From positions 85,498,001 through 85,562,000 of the forward strand of contig OZ296652.1 of NCBI GenBank assembly GCA_965655095.1: 64,000 bases of DNA. Direction: 5' to 3'. Source of the DNA: Haplodiscus bocki (lineage: Eukaryota). This document shows positions 25,041-37,219 of the stretch, one piece after another (position 1 is the first letter of the stretch; each line of letters opens with the position of its first letter). The notes below the pieces were generated by a model. It was not told where the DNA came from. It saw only the letters and a list, made by a program, of their open reading frames with translations, and did not search any database. The position numbers were made by a program, and so were the translations under genes.

Positions 25041-25889
25041 GTTCTTTACTTTTACTTGTCGTACCGATTCGCGTCAATTCTTCCCGACGAAACAGCTTTT
25101 AATCGGACTGCCTACCAGAAACAAGCTTGGAGCGGCCGAAATTGGGCCAGCAGTGAAGCTGAAAGTCCTCATAGTGAGGAGGGCCCCTGTTATTATGAAT
25201 TTCAATTTTTTAACAAAGGGCCGCATCACAGGATAATAAGGTAATCTCTCGTTTTTCTGCCAGCACTCTCGTTGCTTTTCGGGATGATAGCAGAAAACAA
25301 TAGCTGACACAGGCCTTGCTAGAGTTCCATTACCTTATTATTACTCTATTAAGAAAATACCAAACAACTAAGGTTGAACGCATAAAAGTGAGTTTGCCCG
25401 TTATTAACACCAGATAGTCCTAACAGTAAACTATGGAGTTAGTCACTGAGTCTCGTTTTTTCAAAACTCTCGAGATTTTTCCGAAGCTAATGCCAAAAAG
25501 TCAAAGCAAGCAAATGAAAGTAGCGAGCCAAAAAAATGAATGAGCTCAGCGAATGTGTTTTGGACATGGCGTCATGTTGATCTTGGCGAATAAAGAGACC
25601 ATGAGTGTCAAGTCGTCCAAAACACCTACCTGCTTCGTCCGTTCAGCGTGATGAAACTCCAGTGAGGAGAAAAAATTTTCTTGATGCTAATGAACAGAGT
25701 GATAAGATAATGAGAAGACAACCGGAAATCAAAATCCATACGATTACATGATTATTAGCCTAAGTAGCTTTAAACTTTTTCTTAGCTCACAGAATCATTG
25801 CTGACAAGAGACCATCGGAACAAATGCTGAAAACGCCCAAAACCGAATAATTCAATATACTAAAACTTAATAAAAAGAAGAGACTGAAC

Positions 25890-26480
25890 ATAAAAAAGGA
25901 TCCATTTATTTGGAGTTGGCTGTCTTTCAAATCTGAACCAAAGCCTGAAGCATCAAAAGCACAAAGATAGAACTCTAGAAATTTGAACAACTATCCGTGG
26001 ACTCTCAGTGAACCCCAACACAGAGAAAGCTATCCAAGGACTCATCAAGAAGAACCAGGTGCTTCGTGACAAACGCATTATCATCTGGCACGAGGTGATC
26101 AGCAACAGCACCTCTGAGCACGAAGGCAACTGGTGTCCAATAAACAAGCATTACCGCCGCCTCGTTCCTATCCAACTTATCCAGATGATAAAAGAGCTCA
26201 ACTAGCCAGGTTTAATCGAACCCATAGTGTACGCCAGAAGACAGGATGCTCCAGTCATGTCAATTGAACGGCGGAAAACAGGCATTCTGATCACACAAAA
26301 AGCAAACAATTTCATCCCAAAAGAAGCAGCAGAGCGTTGAGTTACTGCACGAGCTCTCACAAGTTCCTCCTGAGTCATCAATCGCATTACAAAATGTTGA
26401 TATAAAACTTCAAAAGTTAGAATCTGCAGCGACTCATCAAAAAAGTCCGTTCAAAAGAAAAAAAGCCCAACAAGAGACAG
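25890..26480 (+). pseudogene. Decayed ORF, possibly SGNH/esterase-like, upstream of a LINE
   Basis: Frame reads IRGLSVNPN...KRIIIWHEVISNS...IVYARRQDAP through a single stop. The alternating beta/alpha pattern is reminiscent of SGNH folds; the assignment is weak. Confidence 0.3.
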
Positions 26481-26689
26481 AAAGAAAAAGTCAAAAAATG
26501 CAACTAAGCCGCTCAACCTGCTTCCTGTTCCGAAAAAGGACAAGGAAAGCCCCACATGAACGCCGAACTTCAAGGTAAGTTGAGTTATGCCAGTTTGTTC
26601 TCAGTGACTCTTGGGTTTACCTCGGATTCACGATAGGAAAAAGTTTAGTTAGGCAAGTCAGCTTATACATGTTTCTTCTCAGTGACTCC

Positions 26690-29600
26690 GGAAGATTACA
26701 TCGGAGTGGCGACGAGAAACAGTTTTCCATGTTTGTGCACTGTTAGTGAACCCGAAAGTGTGTATTTTGGAATCGCAGCAGTACAATGCGGCCGCCTGAA
26801 AAGACTTGGAAGAGCTGCGAAGGGCGAATAAGCAAATGAGAGGCTAATAACTACTGGGTCGGATGCGGTGAACCAATGCATATGAAACCAACTTGTGTTG
26901 GCAAATCTGAACAAGCCATTTATGGACGGATGGAAATCAGCCAAAACGTTCTAACCTTCTGCAACGACTGCAATAGAAACACTGAAAAAGTCAAAAACTC
27001 AGGGTTCTTTGCAAAATTGCAAGTCATCAAGATGAATCTGTGTCACATAGCTTCTCCGAAAAATTGAAACAAGGTATGAAAGACATGGTAGATAAAAACG
27101 ACGAGAAGTTTAGTTCTGTCCCAACAGTGGTTGACGAAAAAAGCCTAAGTCAAATCCCTTGGATTCCAAAAAAAAGACAACCCTACCCATAACGAACAAA
27201 CTCACCAGAATTCAGAACCAAGTGTAAGAAAAACAGAGCTCCAAGGAAGATTACGACGGCATCCGAATCCGTGGGATCCCTGAAGTGAAATCTGAAATGG
27301 CAAAGGAACGTCTCGAACACGACACACGCGAAGATGAAGCACTCCTCAACTTCCTTCAAATTAACTGTCCGATAACAGACTTGAATCGTATAGGAAACTT
27401 CGAAAAAGGGAAGACGAGAACTGTTGTGATCGCATTAGCGAACGAACATCAGAAAAGACTAGTCCTTTCATCCGTCCGAAAACTTGCCGAATACATGCAC
27501 AAAATACATTTGACTAAATAACTGAGCCTTGATGAGCAAATACTGGAACACAAGGCCTTAAGAACGGGATGCCAACTTCTCAGTTATAGCCCAAATCCGG
27601 GACGTATCGTCTGAGAATGCGAGATCTTCGACTCCAAGAGCTGATAAGAAACGCATGGAAAAGATTAAAGTGAAAAACACAAGACTTCAATGACTACACG
27701 AAAACGAAGATAAGCTAAACATACTCACTTACTAAGTTGGAAGCCTACTTGAGCTTAGAAGACGATTACGTTTCGCAAACACCTTTACACAGAACAACTA
27801 CGATAAAACTTGTCTCACCCAAGTATGGCTCACTCCGTACATACCGGGCAACGTACTCTTCCTCCCAAACTATACAATTTACCGTACAGACAGACATACC
27901 ACTAATTACAAAACCGAACACAGAGGAATCCTGATAGCGATTAAAAACTTACTGAGCAACGGCTGAATAGTAGATACTGAAGTTGAAATTATCACTGCCG
28001 AAACATTTACGGATGCAGGAAGAATCGTGATCAACTACCTGTAAAATCCTGCTCATTTCCTTGTACTCAAAATCTTACTCAATAAAATAACCAACTTTGA
28101 AACCCTGGACACCACAAATTACATCCTTACCGGTGACACAAAATTCCAGCATACAAACTGGGAACATAGGACATCAATGAACAAATACGAGTCAACTATA
28201 CTTGAAAATTTAGAAAAATTAAACTTCAACACATTTTCCATTGCAAAAATTCCGGAAATCTGGACATCTTTATCTTGAACCGATCCACACAAGTCAAGAA
28301 CTCAATCATTGACAATCAACTGCAGCAAGGTTTCATGCATCATCACACCACCATTCATACAGATGAGTCATTGGAGCGAACGTCCAAACGTCCCCAAATA
28401 TCCCAATAAACTGTTTGCTTAGAACAAAGTGGACTTGATTTTGCTGGATGACCACAAGACACTAAATTCGTCATAACCATACTGTTATAGTGGTATAGAG
28501 GAGCTAGTGCGGCAATGGTACAATTGATTACAGGGAATACTTGACCAAAACAGTTCTCGTGTTGCCAAACAAACATAGATCAAATCTACCCCCCTTGTGT
28601 GGTAAGTATTACTTCTCACCAGATGAAAAGACTGGCGACATTGAAGAAAAAGTATAACAGAAGACCATACATCTCTCCTTTTGAAGAATGAGCGCGAAGA
28701 AAAGCTTATTCAAAGTGAAATGGAAATAGATCAAACTAACTTCGAAAAAAAGACATTCCGCGATAGGAAAATGTCCGACCCGCAGAATTATTTCAAATCC
28801 TTGCACAAAACCTGATCACTCTCAGAGGAAATGTACCTCGAAATAGACGACAAACAGCTACCCAAACATGATCGCACAACAGACGACTTTCAGAAAAGCG
28901 AACTTTTCAATCAGTTCTTCTGCAACGTTTTCAAGGCGGACGGATAAAAACCACCCAACTGTAAGTACGGAACGGCACACATGAGCTATATAAAAACAAC
29001 AAACGAAATCAAGGAAACGCTCACCAAACAAGACATCAAAAAAGCAGGTGGACCTGACTACATTGGGAACATAATTCTGAAAAACCTACCTGTTCTGTCT
29101 AAATCGGTGCGACTTATCTTTGAAACCTGTGATAACAAAGGTTGCTATCCCATCTAGCGAAAAATCAGGGAAGTCGCAGCTACATGCAAAGAAAATGTCA
29201 AAGCAGACTTTAGGCAGTACTACTCAGTTAACATCCTCGTCAACGTGTCTGAAGTCTTCGAACAACTACTACTCAACCACCTCCAGCCAAAAACCGACCC
29301 AAAACTCGAAAATCGACAAAATAGCTCTGCGATAAACGTTTGGCAGTTATACAACTCCTGATGTATCTCAACAATGTCTATCAAACCTGCAATAAAACTG
29401 AATCAGACTGAATGTTTGTCCTCTATATTGACTTCAAAAAAAACTTGACAAAGTTGCTCATAACAAACTAATCGATAAACTCCAGGCTTTTGGTTTCGGA
29501 GAGAAACGTCTACAACTGCTGGGCATCTATTACAGTGAAAGAAAACAATGTTTCGAAATAAAAAGCGTTAAATCTAAATTCAAGAAAGCAACCAGTGGTG

Positions 29601-30563
29601 TTTGCATGGTTCCAGCCTCAGACCACTGATGTTTCACGTCTATGTAAACATTCTGCCTCAGGCCGTACAGAACTTTTCTTCTCATGGCTACGCGGATGAT
29701 TTCAAAGTTCTGATGAAGAAGATCTGTGAAGCCATTCATGTTGTCCGAGAGATTGAAATCTGGTGCACAGAAAACCAGAGGTCCATCAATATGGACAAAA
29801 GCAGAATTTTTGTCTCACCCTCATGAAATTGGCAGTGTCCTTGAAACTGTCTTTTTTCAGAAAGACTTTGGAGTAAAGACGAAACTGGTCTTGCACTGAA
29901 AATTGCAACAAAAGAATAAGCAAAGCTTAGCACTCCTTTTTCTTTTTGAAAACAAACTGCTCCAAAAACACAAATGTAACTACGAATCTGAACACGTACA
30001 ATGAATACATTGTGATTGGCCTAGCGTATGCATCCCAGGTTTGGTATCTGTCGAAAACTAACCTAAAAATTGCAGAAAAGGTGCAACGAAAAGCGACAAC
30101 ATGGCTATATTGCCAAGAAGATCACAACAAAAACAGACTAGTGCAAATAGACCTTCTACCCGTATCCTTGTACCTGGAGCTTCACAACGTTCTGTTCCTC
30201 AACGCTACCCAAAACGACAAATACAATATCCGCGTAATGTTTCTTACGAGATCTACCGACACGCGTCAAAAAGAATACGAAGAAACAAAGAACTTTTTGG
30301 GAAAACGCACGAAAACTTTTGGTTACGAACAGCCAGACTCGTCAAGATTATAAGGAAGCACTTAAAGGACAAACCCCTAGACAAAACGACACTCACCAAG
30401 ATGTACCAGCACTATTTCAACAAGAGCTACAGTGAGGCCGAGACGAGCACTTGGCGCATTCTCTTCTCATGCGGCTCCTGCAACCCAAGCCAGAACCTGT
30501 GTCAGATGCAAACTGAATGGGTGACACCCTTGGCAGCTCGTCCTAGACTTAACTACTACTACT
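26690..30563 (+). mobile_element. Decayed CR1/L2-group LINE (PHD-type ORF1, APE-RT ORF2, (CTA)n tail)
   Basis: ORF1: Cys-rich C..C/H..C/FCNDC at 26720-26975 and IRIRGIPE...RIGNFEKGKTRTVVI. ORF2: EN fragments, KKAGGPDYIGN, YIDFKK..DKVAH, HGSSLRPLMFHVYVN, GYADDFK, EKVQRKATTW, TWRILFSCGSC. Tail ctactactact at ~30553-30563. Confidence 0.88.
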
Positions 30564-32846
30564 AACCTGGCAGAAGTGTTTGCTATGAAGAATAAATTGG
30601 TGGATATTCGGAATATCAAGTGGCAGTCATTTGAATGTTGTGGGACGATCGAAATACGTAGGTGTAAAGCTTATTGGAAACGGATGTGTGGATAAATCGA
30701 GTCTTGAAAAACGTTTTTTAGGTCTGTTAGCTGTCCCTAAGCAAACCATTGCTAGAGCATTTAATTTTTCTACCGTATATATTTGTGCAGCTGACGTACT
30801 GGCCCAGGGAGACGTGATCCTACCGTTGAACTTCTGTGTATGATAAGTGAATTCGTCATTTTCCTAATGCTCTCTGCTTTTACCCCATGTCTTTTTCACT
30901 CGAAACAAATTCGATTTCGAGAGCTTTTTGTGTGATCGTAGCCCTTACCAGGTGCTCCCAATTTCCACCTTTACTACTTTGGTTCTAATAGGGATGCAAT
31001 AGATTTTCCCATTACCTGCGGCCTCGCCGTTCAGAACTCACAGCAATTTCTTCAATATGCGTGCTAAGAACGCTTCGTATATGCTCCCCTTAGCTCCTTT
31101 CGAAAATAATCACCAATTTTCAAAAAGGTTCAGTGAAAATTTTCAGGAAGAAGTGGTTGTAACAAAACTCCATTTAAGCTTAGCAAATTGATACCTGACG
31201 TTTACATGTCCTGCAGAGAATGAATTTTTTTCTGAAGTCTCAAAAACCCGATTTTCACCCCACGGACATTTCAGCCCACTTTTGAAATCATATCAATTAG
31301 GAATTCTAATTAAAATTGTTTTTCATACTTTGTTCTACACCTTATATTTTTTACTCAATTTAATGGATTATCAAACGAATATAGCTATTAACAGCTTCTA
31401 TGGCACTATCGATCATATCTTGTACTTTTCAAATGTTTGTGAAATGTCCTTGCGCTGCAATGTCCTGACACCCTTCAAAAGTTAGCTGGACTTTGTGCAA
31501 TGACAGGTTAGAATTACAGGTTAGTATTAGGTCAATTATCATTGGAACTATGGAATGCCACCTAATACCTCACTTGAACACCTCATATTTTGCTCATGAA
31601 GAAACGAACGCCGCCAATTGACTTTTCACATGCTTCTCTTTGAAACATTGCAAAACATGAAATTAAAATAAAATTTAATTTTCCTTCAACCAATACACCT
31701 TTACCAACTATCAGATCTTTATTAAACCAAATTGCTAATGGGAGGTCGACGTGGGAGCAATAAATTAATGATTTATTACTACGTATATATTCATGACTTA
31801 AAATGATCAACCTTCATTCGCTTTCTTCAATTGTTTTGCTCCTTAAACAACGCATGACTCTGATCCTTCTACCTACAACGAATCTACACATCAAATCCGA
31901 GGATCAGAATAAGAACGAAACAACGAGCTATGGAAGAACACAATAGTATGAGTTCAAGTACATTTATGTCTTGCAGTTGTAATGGTCTTCGGTCAATGTA
32001 GTTTGCAAAATGTAGATCAATGATAGCAAAACAGCACAGTATTTTTGAGTAATAATATAAATTCAAGTCTGTTGATAGTTAACAAAATGACTAAATATAA
32101 GCAGTACATAGCAAGACGACGGTGGTTCAATACTTCAGTACCAGAAAAACAACACGCCACATCTCACATATTCATATTCAGGATGGTATTTTAGCTAGTG
32201 CATGTAGTACCTCTTCAAACATCGCAGGCCTAAAACTGCTACCAAAGATAAATTCGATTCGTTTCATTTCTTCTATTCAAACCAAATAGATAATGATGCT
32301 GAAAAAATTTAATGACGAACACACACACACGAATACAAGAATCGTACTGCCATTCTATGCAATTTTTGATTCACCTTCAAAGTAGAACGTTTACTTCCAA
32401 CAGTTGACGAAAAAGAGTGGATGGGAAACCCGTTGTTTCGTTTGGGGCGAGGGCAATCTTTATGATGAATATGACAACTCTGTTGTCAATGAGAAATTTT
32501 TTTAATGAGGGACTGGAATTAGTCTGGAACTTTGGTGAGGGGAAAGCGCCATACATTACATAGCATAATGAGAAATAAAAGCCCCGAACAAATCAGAGTT
32601 ATACAATCTTATTTTTGAACCGTAAAAAATATGATTTAGCCGCTTTGTATCAGAAAACATCAAATGTCTCAAAGATAAACTTCAATTCCAGACATCACAG
32701 ATTTGCATTTTTAGGCGAACTTTACCGCATTTTTACAATACAGATTACATAATGAAGCGAGTAAAATACAAATATATTAATCGAAATCAATGTGTGGCAT
32801 CGATCTTATCCAATCTTGGAAGAATGCCGCCGAGTTGTTAGATCGA

Positions 32847-33437
32847 TTAATGTTCTTTCTTGGTTTTCTTGGCTGGTTTCGATTTGGGCTTAGTCGGTTT
32901 TCGGGCATGAGCCGGCAGCCATTCACTCAACGAAGCGCCGTTCCGGACATTAGCTCCCTTGTCAAAAACCCCTTTGACTTTGGATCGTTTGGACGCAGAC
33001 AGTTTGAGATGTCCTCCAAAGGCATAATAGTAAACAATAACAACAACCAAAACAAAAATTGCCCCAAAGAGCAGATACATCAGCAAAGCTTCAGCATCCA
33101 AAATGTCATCAACCTCCACAAAGTTGAGTGTCTTGTTAAAAATAGTGTGCACGTACGCTTTATCCTCGTCATCAAAATAGTTCGCTTCAATCACAAACCC
33201 AAAAGGTCGACCCGCAAATCGCTCCGAAGTTTTGAACACATACAGAAAAGTGCTCTCCCGATTTGCATCCAAAGAGCGGTTGAGCAAGAGCTGTGTATAG
33301 TTCTGTAAGTAGTAGTTAAAGTCTACAGGGTAACGCAAAGAGGCTCCAACGGTGTTAACCAAGTAATTCTTCTTGGTTTCGCCCACGTTACGCATTGATA
33401 TGAGACATTTGATTATTTTACCTGCAGGCAGTTCTTC
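32847..33437 (-). CDS. SSR1: Translocon-associated protein alpha (signal sequence receptor alpha), coding exon 2
   Basis: Acceptor ttgtttacAG|GAA. Translation EELPAGKIIKCL...ASLRYPVDFNYYLQNYT...ESTFLYVFKTSERFAGRPFGFVIEANY...FNKTLNFVE, a TM helix, then EWLP and a basic tail; these are hallmark TRAP-alpha motifs. Stop at 32849-32847. Confidence 0.96.
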   Translation of the reverse strand, partial: EELPAGKIIKCLISMRNVGETKKNYLVNTVGASLRYPVDFNYYLQNYTQLLLNRSLDANRESTFLYVFKTSERFAGRPFGFVIEANYFDDEDKAYVHTIFNKTLNFVEVDDILDAEALLMYLLFGAIFVLVVVIVYYYAFGGHLKLSASKRSKVKGVFDKGANVRNGASLSEWLPAHARKPTKPKSKPAKKTKKEH

Positions 33438-33937
33438 CTGTAAACAACAATAGCTTGCTTTTTACAACGCAAACGTAAAACGAGAAGGAGAAACCTAAGA
33501 AATGCTGACACAGTAAATATTTGACAAAAGGAAACTTTCACACTTCTAGGGACTCAGACTCTTTAAAAAAATACGGACACCTTATTTTTCGTTTCCTCAC
33601 TTCAAAGCTTCAACGACCAATTGAACAAATAGACCAACTTTGGTTTTAAATACATGAAGACCTATTTCCAGTCCTTCATGTGTCGCCATCATCATTTCGC
33701 TCAAGTTTATTTTCCGTCCATATTCCATATATGGAAATCGAAAGAAAATCTTTCACTCAACATTCAGGTTTAAAATAAAATCTGCCATGGGACGATCAGC
33801 AATTGCACGATTATTCTTTTCTGTCCCCAAATTGTACAAATTTACTACAGAATACCTCTAATCAAGAAGCATTTCTTAAAAAACAGGCCACTAGCGGGGC
33901 TCGGACATCAAATTGAAACATTATTATTTTTCGCCGC

Positions 33938-33940
<3 letters not shown>

Positions 33941-34008
<68 letters not shown>

Positions 34009-34015
34009 TAATAAT
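33941..34015. repeat. (TAA)n microsatellite = LINE 3' tail
   Basis: About 24 TAA units starting ~50 nt past the ORF2 stop, on the LINE 3' side. Confidence 0.95.
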
Positions 34016-37000
34016 AGTTATCGGATTTACAACAGAAAGTTGTAGGGATTTCTCCCGGGCAGTTTATGCAGTGCATTGAGGGCATCTGCAAGCTATTCGC
34101 CAGGTGCACAGGTTGTTTTCATTGTACTTTGTTTCAAAGAAGTTCCAGAAGTTGCGGAGAATTTTGGGTTTCAACCCAACTGTTTTGGTGATATCCAAAC
34201 AGGGGAGGAATCTGATGAGGCGGCAGGTTCTTGTGAAGAATTCTTGTTGAGCATTTTCAAAATTGGGAGTTTCGACGACTGGGATGATGCGATCTTCTTT
34301 TCTAGGTCCTTGTTCGAGGGATAGAAAACCTTCGAGGTTGAAGTCGTACTGTCCGTTGCAGATGTTTGAAAGTAGGAGGATATCTAGCATTTGTAGATAT
34401 AGAGGGACTGGGAGTAAGTCGAGCTTTATGAGGCGGTCTCTGTAATCCTTGATAGATGGGATGATCCAGTTTGTTACTCTTTTCTGGAGTTGCTCAATTT
34501 TTTTCATGTCCCCGCGAGAGGGGAACCAACAGGAAGATGCAAAGCAGAGAACAGATAGGACTGTGCTTTTGTAGAGATTTAGCTTAGAGGAGGTGCTCCA
34601 GTTGGGAGAGACATTTCGTTTCAGAAGGTAGAAAGCTCCATAAGCTTTTCCCAGGCGGAGTGAGATGTGATCGGACCAGGTGAGACTGCTGTTGACGAGG
34701 AGTCCCGGGTCGCGGTGGGAGTCTACGACTTCGAGCTTCACATTGCAGAACGTGTACTCTGGAGGAGGACCGTGGAAGCAGATTACTTCACTTTTGGAGG
34801 GGTGGAAGCACATTTTGTTGGTCGAGGCCCACTTTTCGAGGACTGGGAGGCCATTGAAGAGGTGTGAGTTTGACGCTATTAATTTCCCATCGTCGGCTAA
34901 CATGAATATAGTCGCGTGGACTAACTTGATCAGTTCGGGCAGATCGTCGATGTAAACCAGAAAGAAGAGTACTGCAAGAAGAGCCCCCTGTGGGACTCCG
35001 CTGGTTACATCTAGATTACCGGACACACTACCATCGACGTCGACGTGCTGTTTTCTGTTAGGTAGTCCTGGATGAAAAGAAGAAGTTTTCCTCGAATTCC
35101 CTTTGCATAAAGTTTCCTTAGCAGAATTGAGTGGTCGACTTCGTCAAAAGCTTTGCGGAGGTCAAGACAGAGCGCGTGGGTTGTTAACCTCTGATCTTTG
35201 CTGTTGTAGATAATGTTGAGCGAGGCTAGTAGTTGGGTTATACAGGAGCGCCATTTTCTGAATCCATATTGGGCGTCAGAGAGGGTAGGGGAGATGATTT
35301 CCCAGACTTTGGTGTAGATACATTTTTCGAAGACTTTGCTTGCGCAGGGAAGCAGGGCAACTGGCCTGTAATTGGAGACTGAGTCTTTTGCTCCATCTTT
35401 AAACAGAGGTTTGATGCGTGCAATTTTCCACTGGGAAGGGAATTTGCCCACTTGTTTGGATTTGGTGAAAATATTGGATAGGGGTTTTGCTAGGCCTGTG
35501 GAGCAGGTTTTGAGAAGGCGTGGGGGTAAGCTGTCAGCTCCCGTGGCTTTTGAAGTGTCGAGATTTGATAGGATCTCGGTGACTTTGCTGACTGAGGTGT
35601 CGAATGAACTGTCGGGGTGATAGTCGAATGCTTTGGGAGGTAAGGCTGGCTCGGAGGATTTGGTATTGAATACTGAATGAAAGTATTGATTTAGCATGTG
35701 GCCTTTCTCGAGACTGCTATGTGCACAGTCGGCACCGTTTTTGAGAACAGGAGGGAGGTGGGCCCCCTTCTTAAGATTCTTCAAATGTTTGAATATGTGT
35801 TTGAAGTTTCGGCTCTCGGAAAGACGTGCCTGGTATGTACACAGGTCATCATCGGCGCTGGAAGATACTCTTTCTTTGAGTGAGAGCAGTTTGGTTTGGT
35901 ACGATGTGGTGAGTTTTGGATTGCTTTCAACACGAGTGTGTTGAGTTTCTTCATCAGATGAGAGGTCTCTGGGGAGATCCAGGGTGGTAGTCGAGAGCGA
36001 TGCACAGATTTCAGAGGTACGAACTTGTTAAGCAGAGGTTTGAGCCATTCATGCCAGAGGGCTAGGAGAAGCGCGGGGTTTGTCCAGCAGTAGGGCAGGA
36101 ATGGGGAATCGAGAGCAGCCCTGTTGAGCCCTTCGTGATCAATTTTGTTGAAATTGAAGGACTTGGAAACCCTTTCGAGGGGTGCTAAGGCACTGACATT
36201 TAAATTGATGGAGACAGGGTGGTGGTCTGAGAGTGGCGAGTTGTTTATATATGCGTCGTACGTCGCTAGAGAGGATATGACTAGATCGGGGTTATCTGTG
36301 AGGCAGAGATCCAGAGCTTTGGAAGCAGTCGTGATGGAATGATTGATTCAGTTGATGCAGATTGTGCTCCACGAAGAAGTCAATGCATTTTAGTTCGTAG
36401 TCCGAGTTTGTCGAGTTGTCCTCCCAGTTTATCCCTGACAGGTTGAGGTCTCCTGTTGGAATAACTGGAAGTTTGGAGTTTGATGATTTTAAGTGGCACA
36501 GAATGGACTCGAAAATGGATGGTTGCCATCTGTAGTTGCTGCCTGATGGTGGGTTGTAAGCGTTAACAATTACAAAAGGCTTGTTTGATTGGATAGTGGT
36601 GGCAACACAGCAGCAGCCAGTGGGTAGAGAGAGCGGGATTATTTCATGGCTGATAGAGCTGACAGCCGTGAGCACCCCGTCGTGCTGGGATGCATCTCTT
36701 TCAGAACGTAGGCAGTTGTATTTGGGGAGGAAGAGTTCAGTGTCTCTGAAACTGCTGTCAAGCCAGGTTTCGCAGAGGCATAGGATGTCGAAGGGGTTGG
36801 CTGTGATGAAGTTTGCAATGCAGCTTCTTCTTTGCTGAGATATGAGGCTTCGAACGTTGTAAGAGAATAGAAAGTGACTGGGATAGTCAGGCAGAGGAAG
36901 CAGCACTGCCTCCATCAGGAGGCCCCTTCTCGTCTTCGCATGTAAGGTCATCGACCAGGACGTAGTCTAGAAACAGTTGAAAGTTTTTGATTTTAAGCGA

Positions 37001-37219
37001 TTTGGCTTGAACGCCTGAGTTTATCAGCTCTCGGCGCTTTTTGAGGCATTTGCGTTCTTTGGTGATGTCTTCTTGAGAGAAACTGGGGGAGAGGAAGGCT
37101 TTAAATTTGGTGCAGCCTCGGAGTAGTGAAGCTTTCCCCAGGATTTGTTTTGCCTCCCAGACGTTTGCCACGGTTAGTAAGGTTGACCGGGGTCGGGTGC
37201 GTTTCTCTTTGAATGATGG
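33941..37219 (-). mobile_element. Young 5'-truncated CR1/L2-group LINE in the SSR1 intron
   Basis: ORF1 C-terminus (36887-37219). APE endonuclease YNVRSL/LCETWL/YNPP/GDLNL/SDHHP. RT KATGADSLP, NYRPVALLP, LDLRKAFD, GVPQGALL, LADD, ending CTWRIACRCPQC at 34064. Only a few frameshifts. Short 3' UTR and (TTA)n tail. Confidence 0.95.

Noticed and set aside
32790-33308. 172-aa plus-strand ORF (likewise 9561-10016 and 38844-39050)
   Set aside because: Antisense shadows of SSR1 and DZANK1 exons with no recognisable motifs.
33924-34109. ORF with poly-Ile tract
   Set aside because: It is a translation of the (TTA)n LINE tail.
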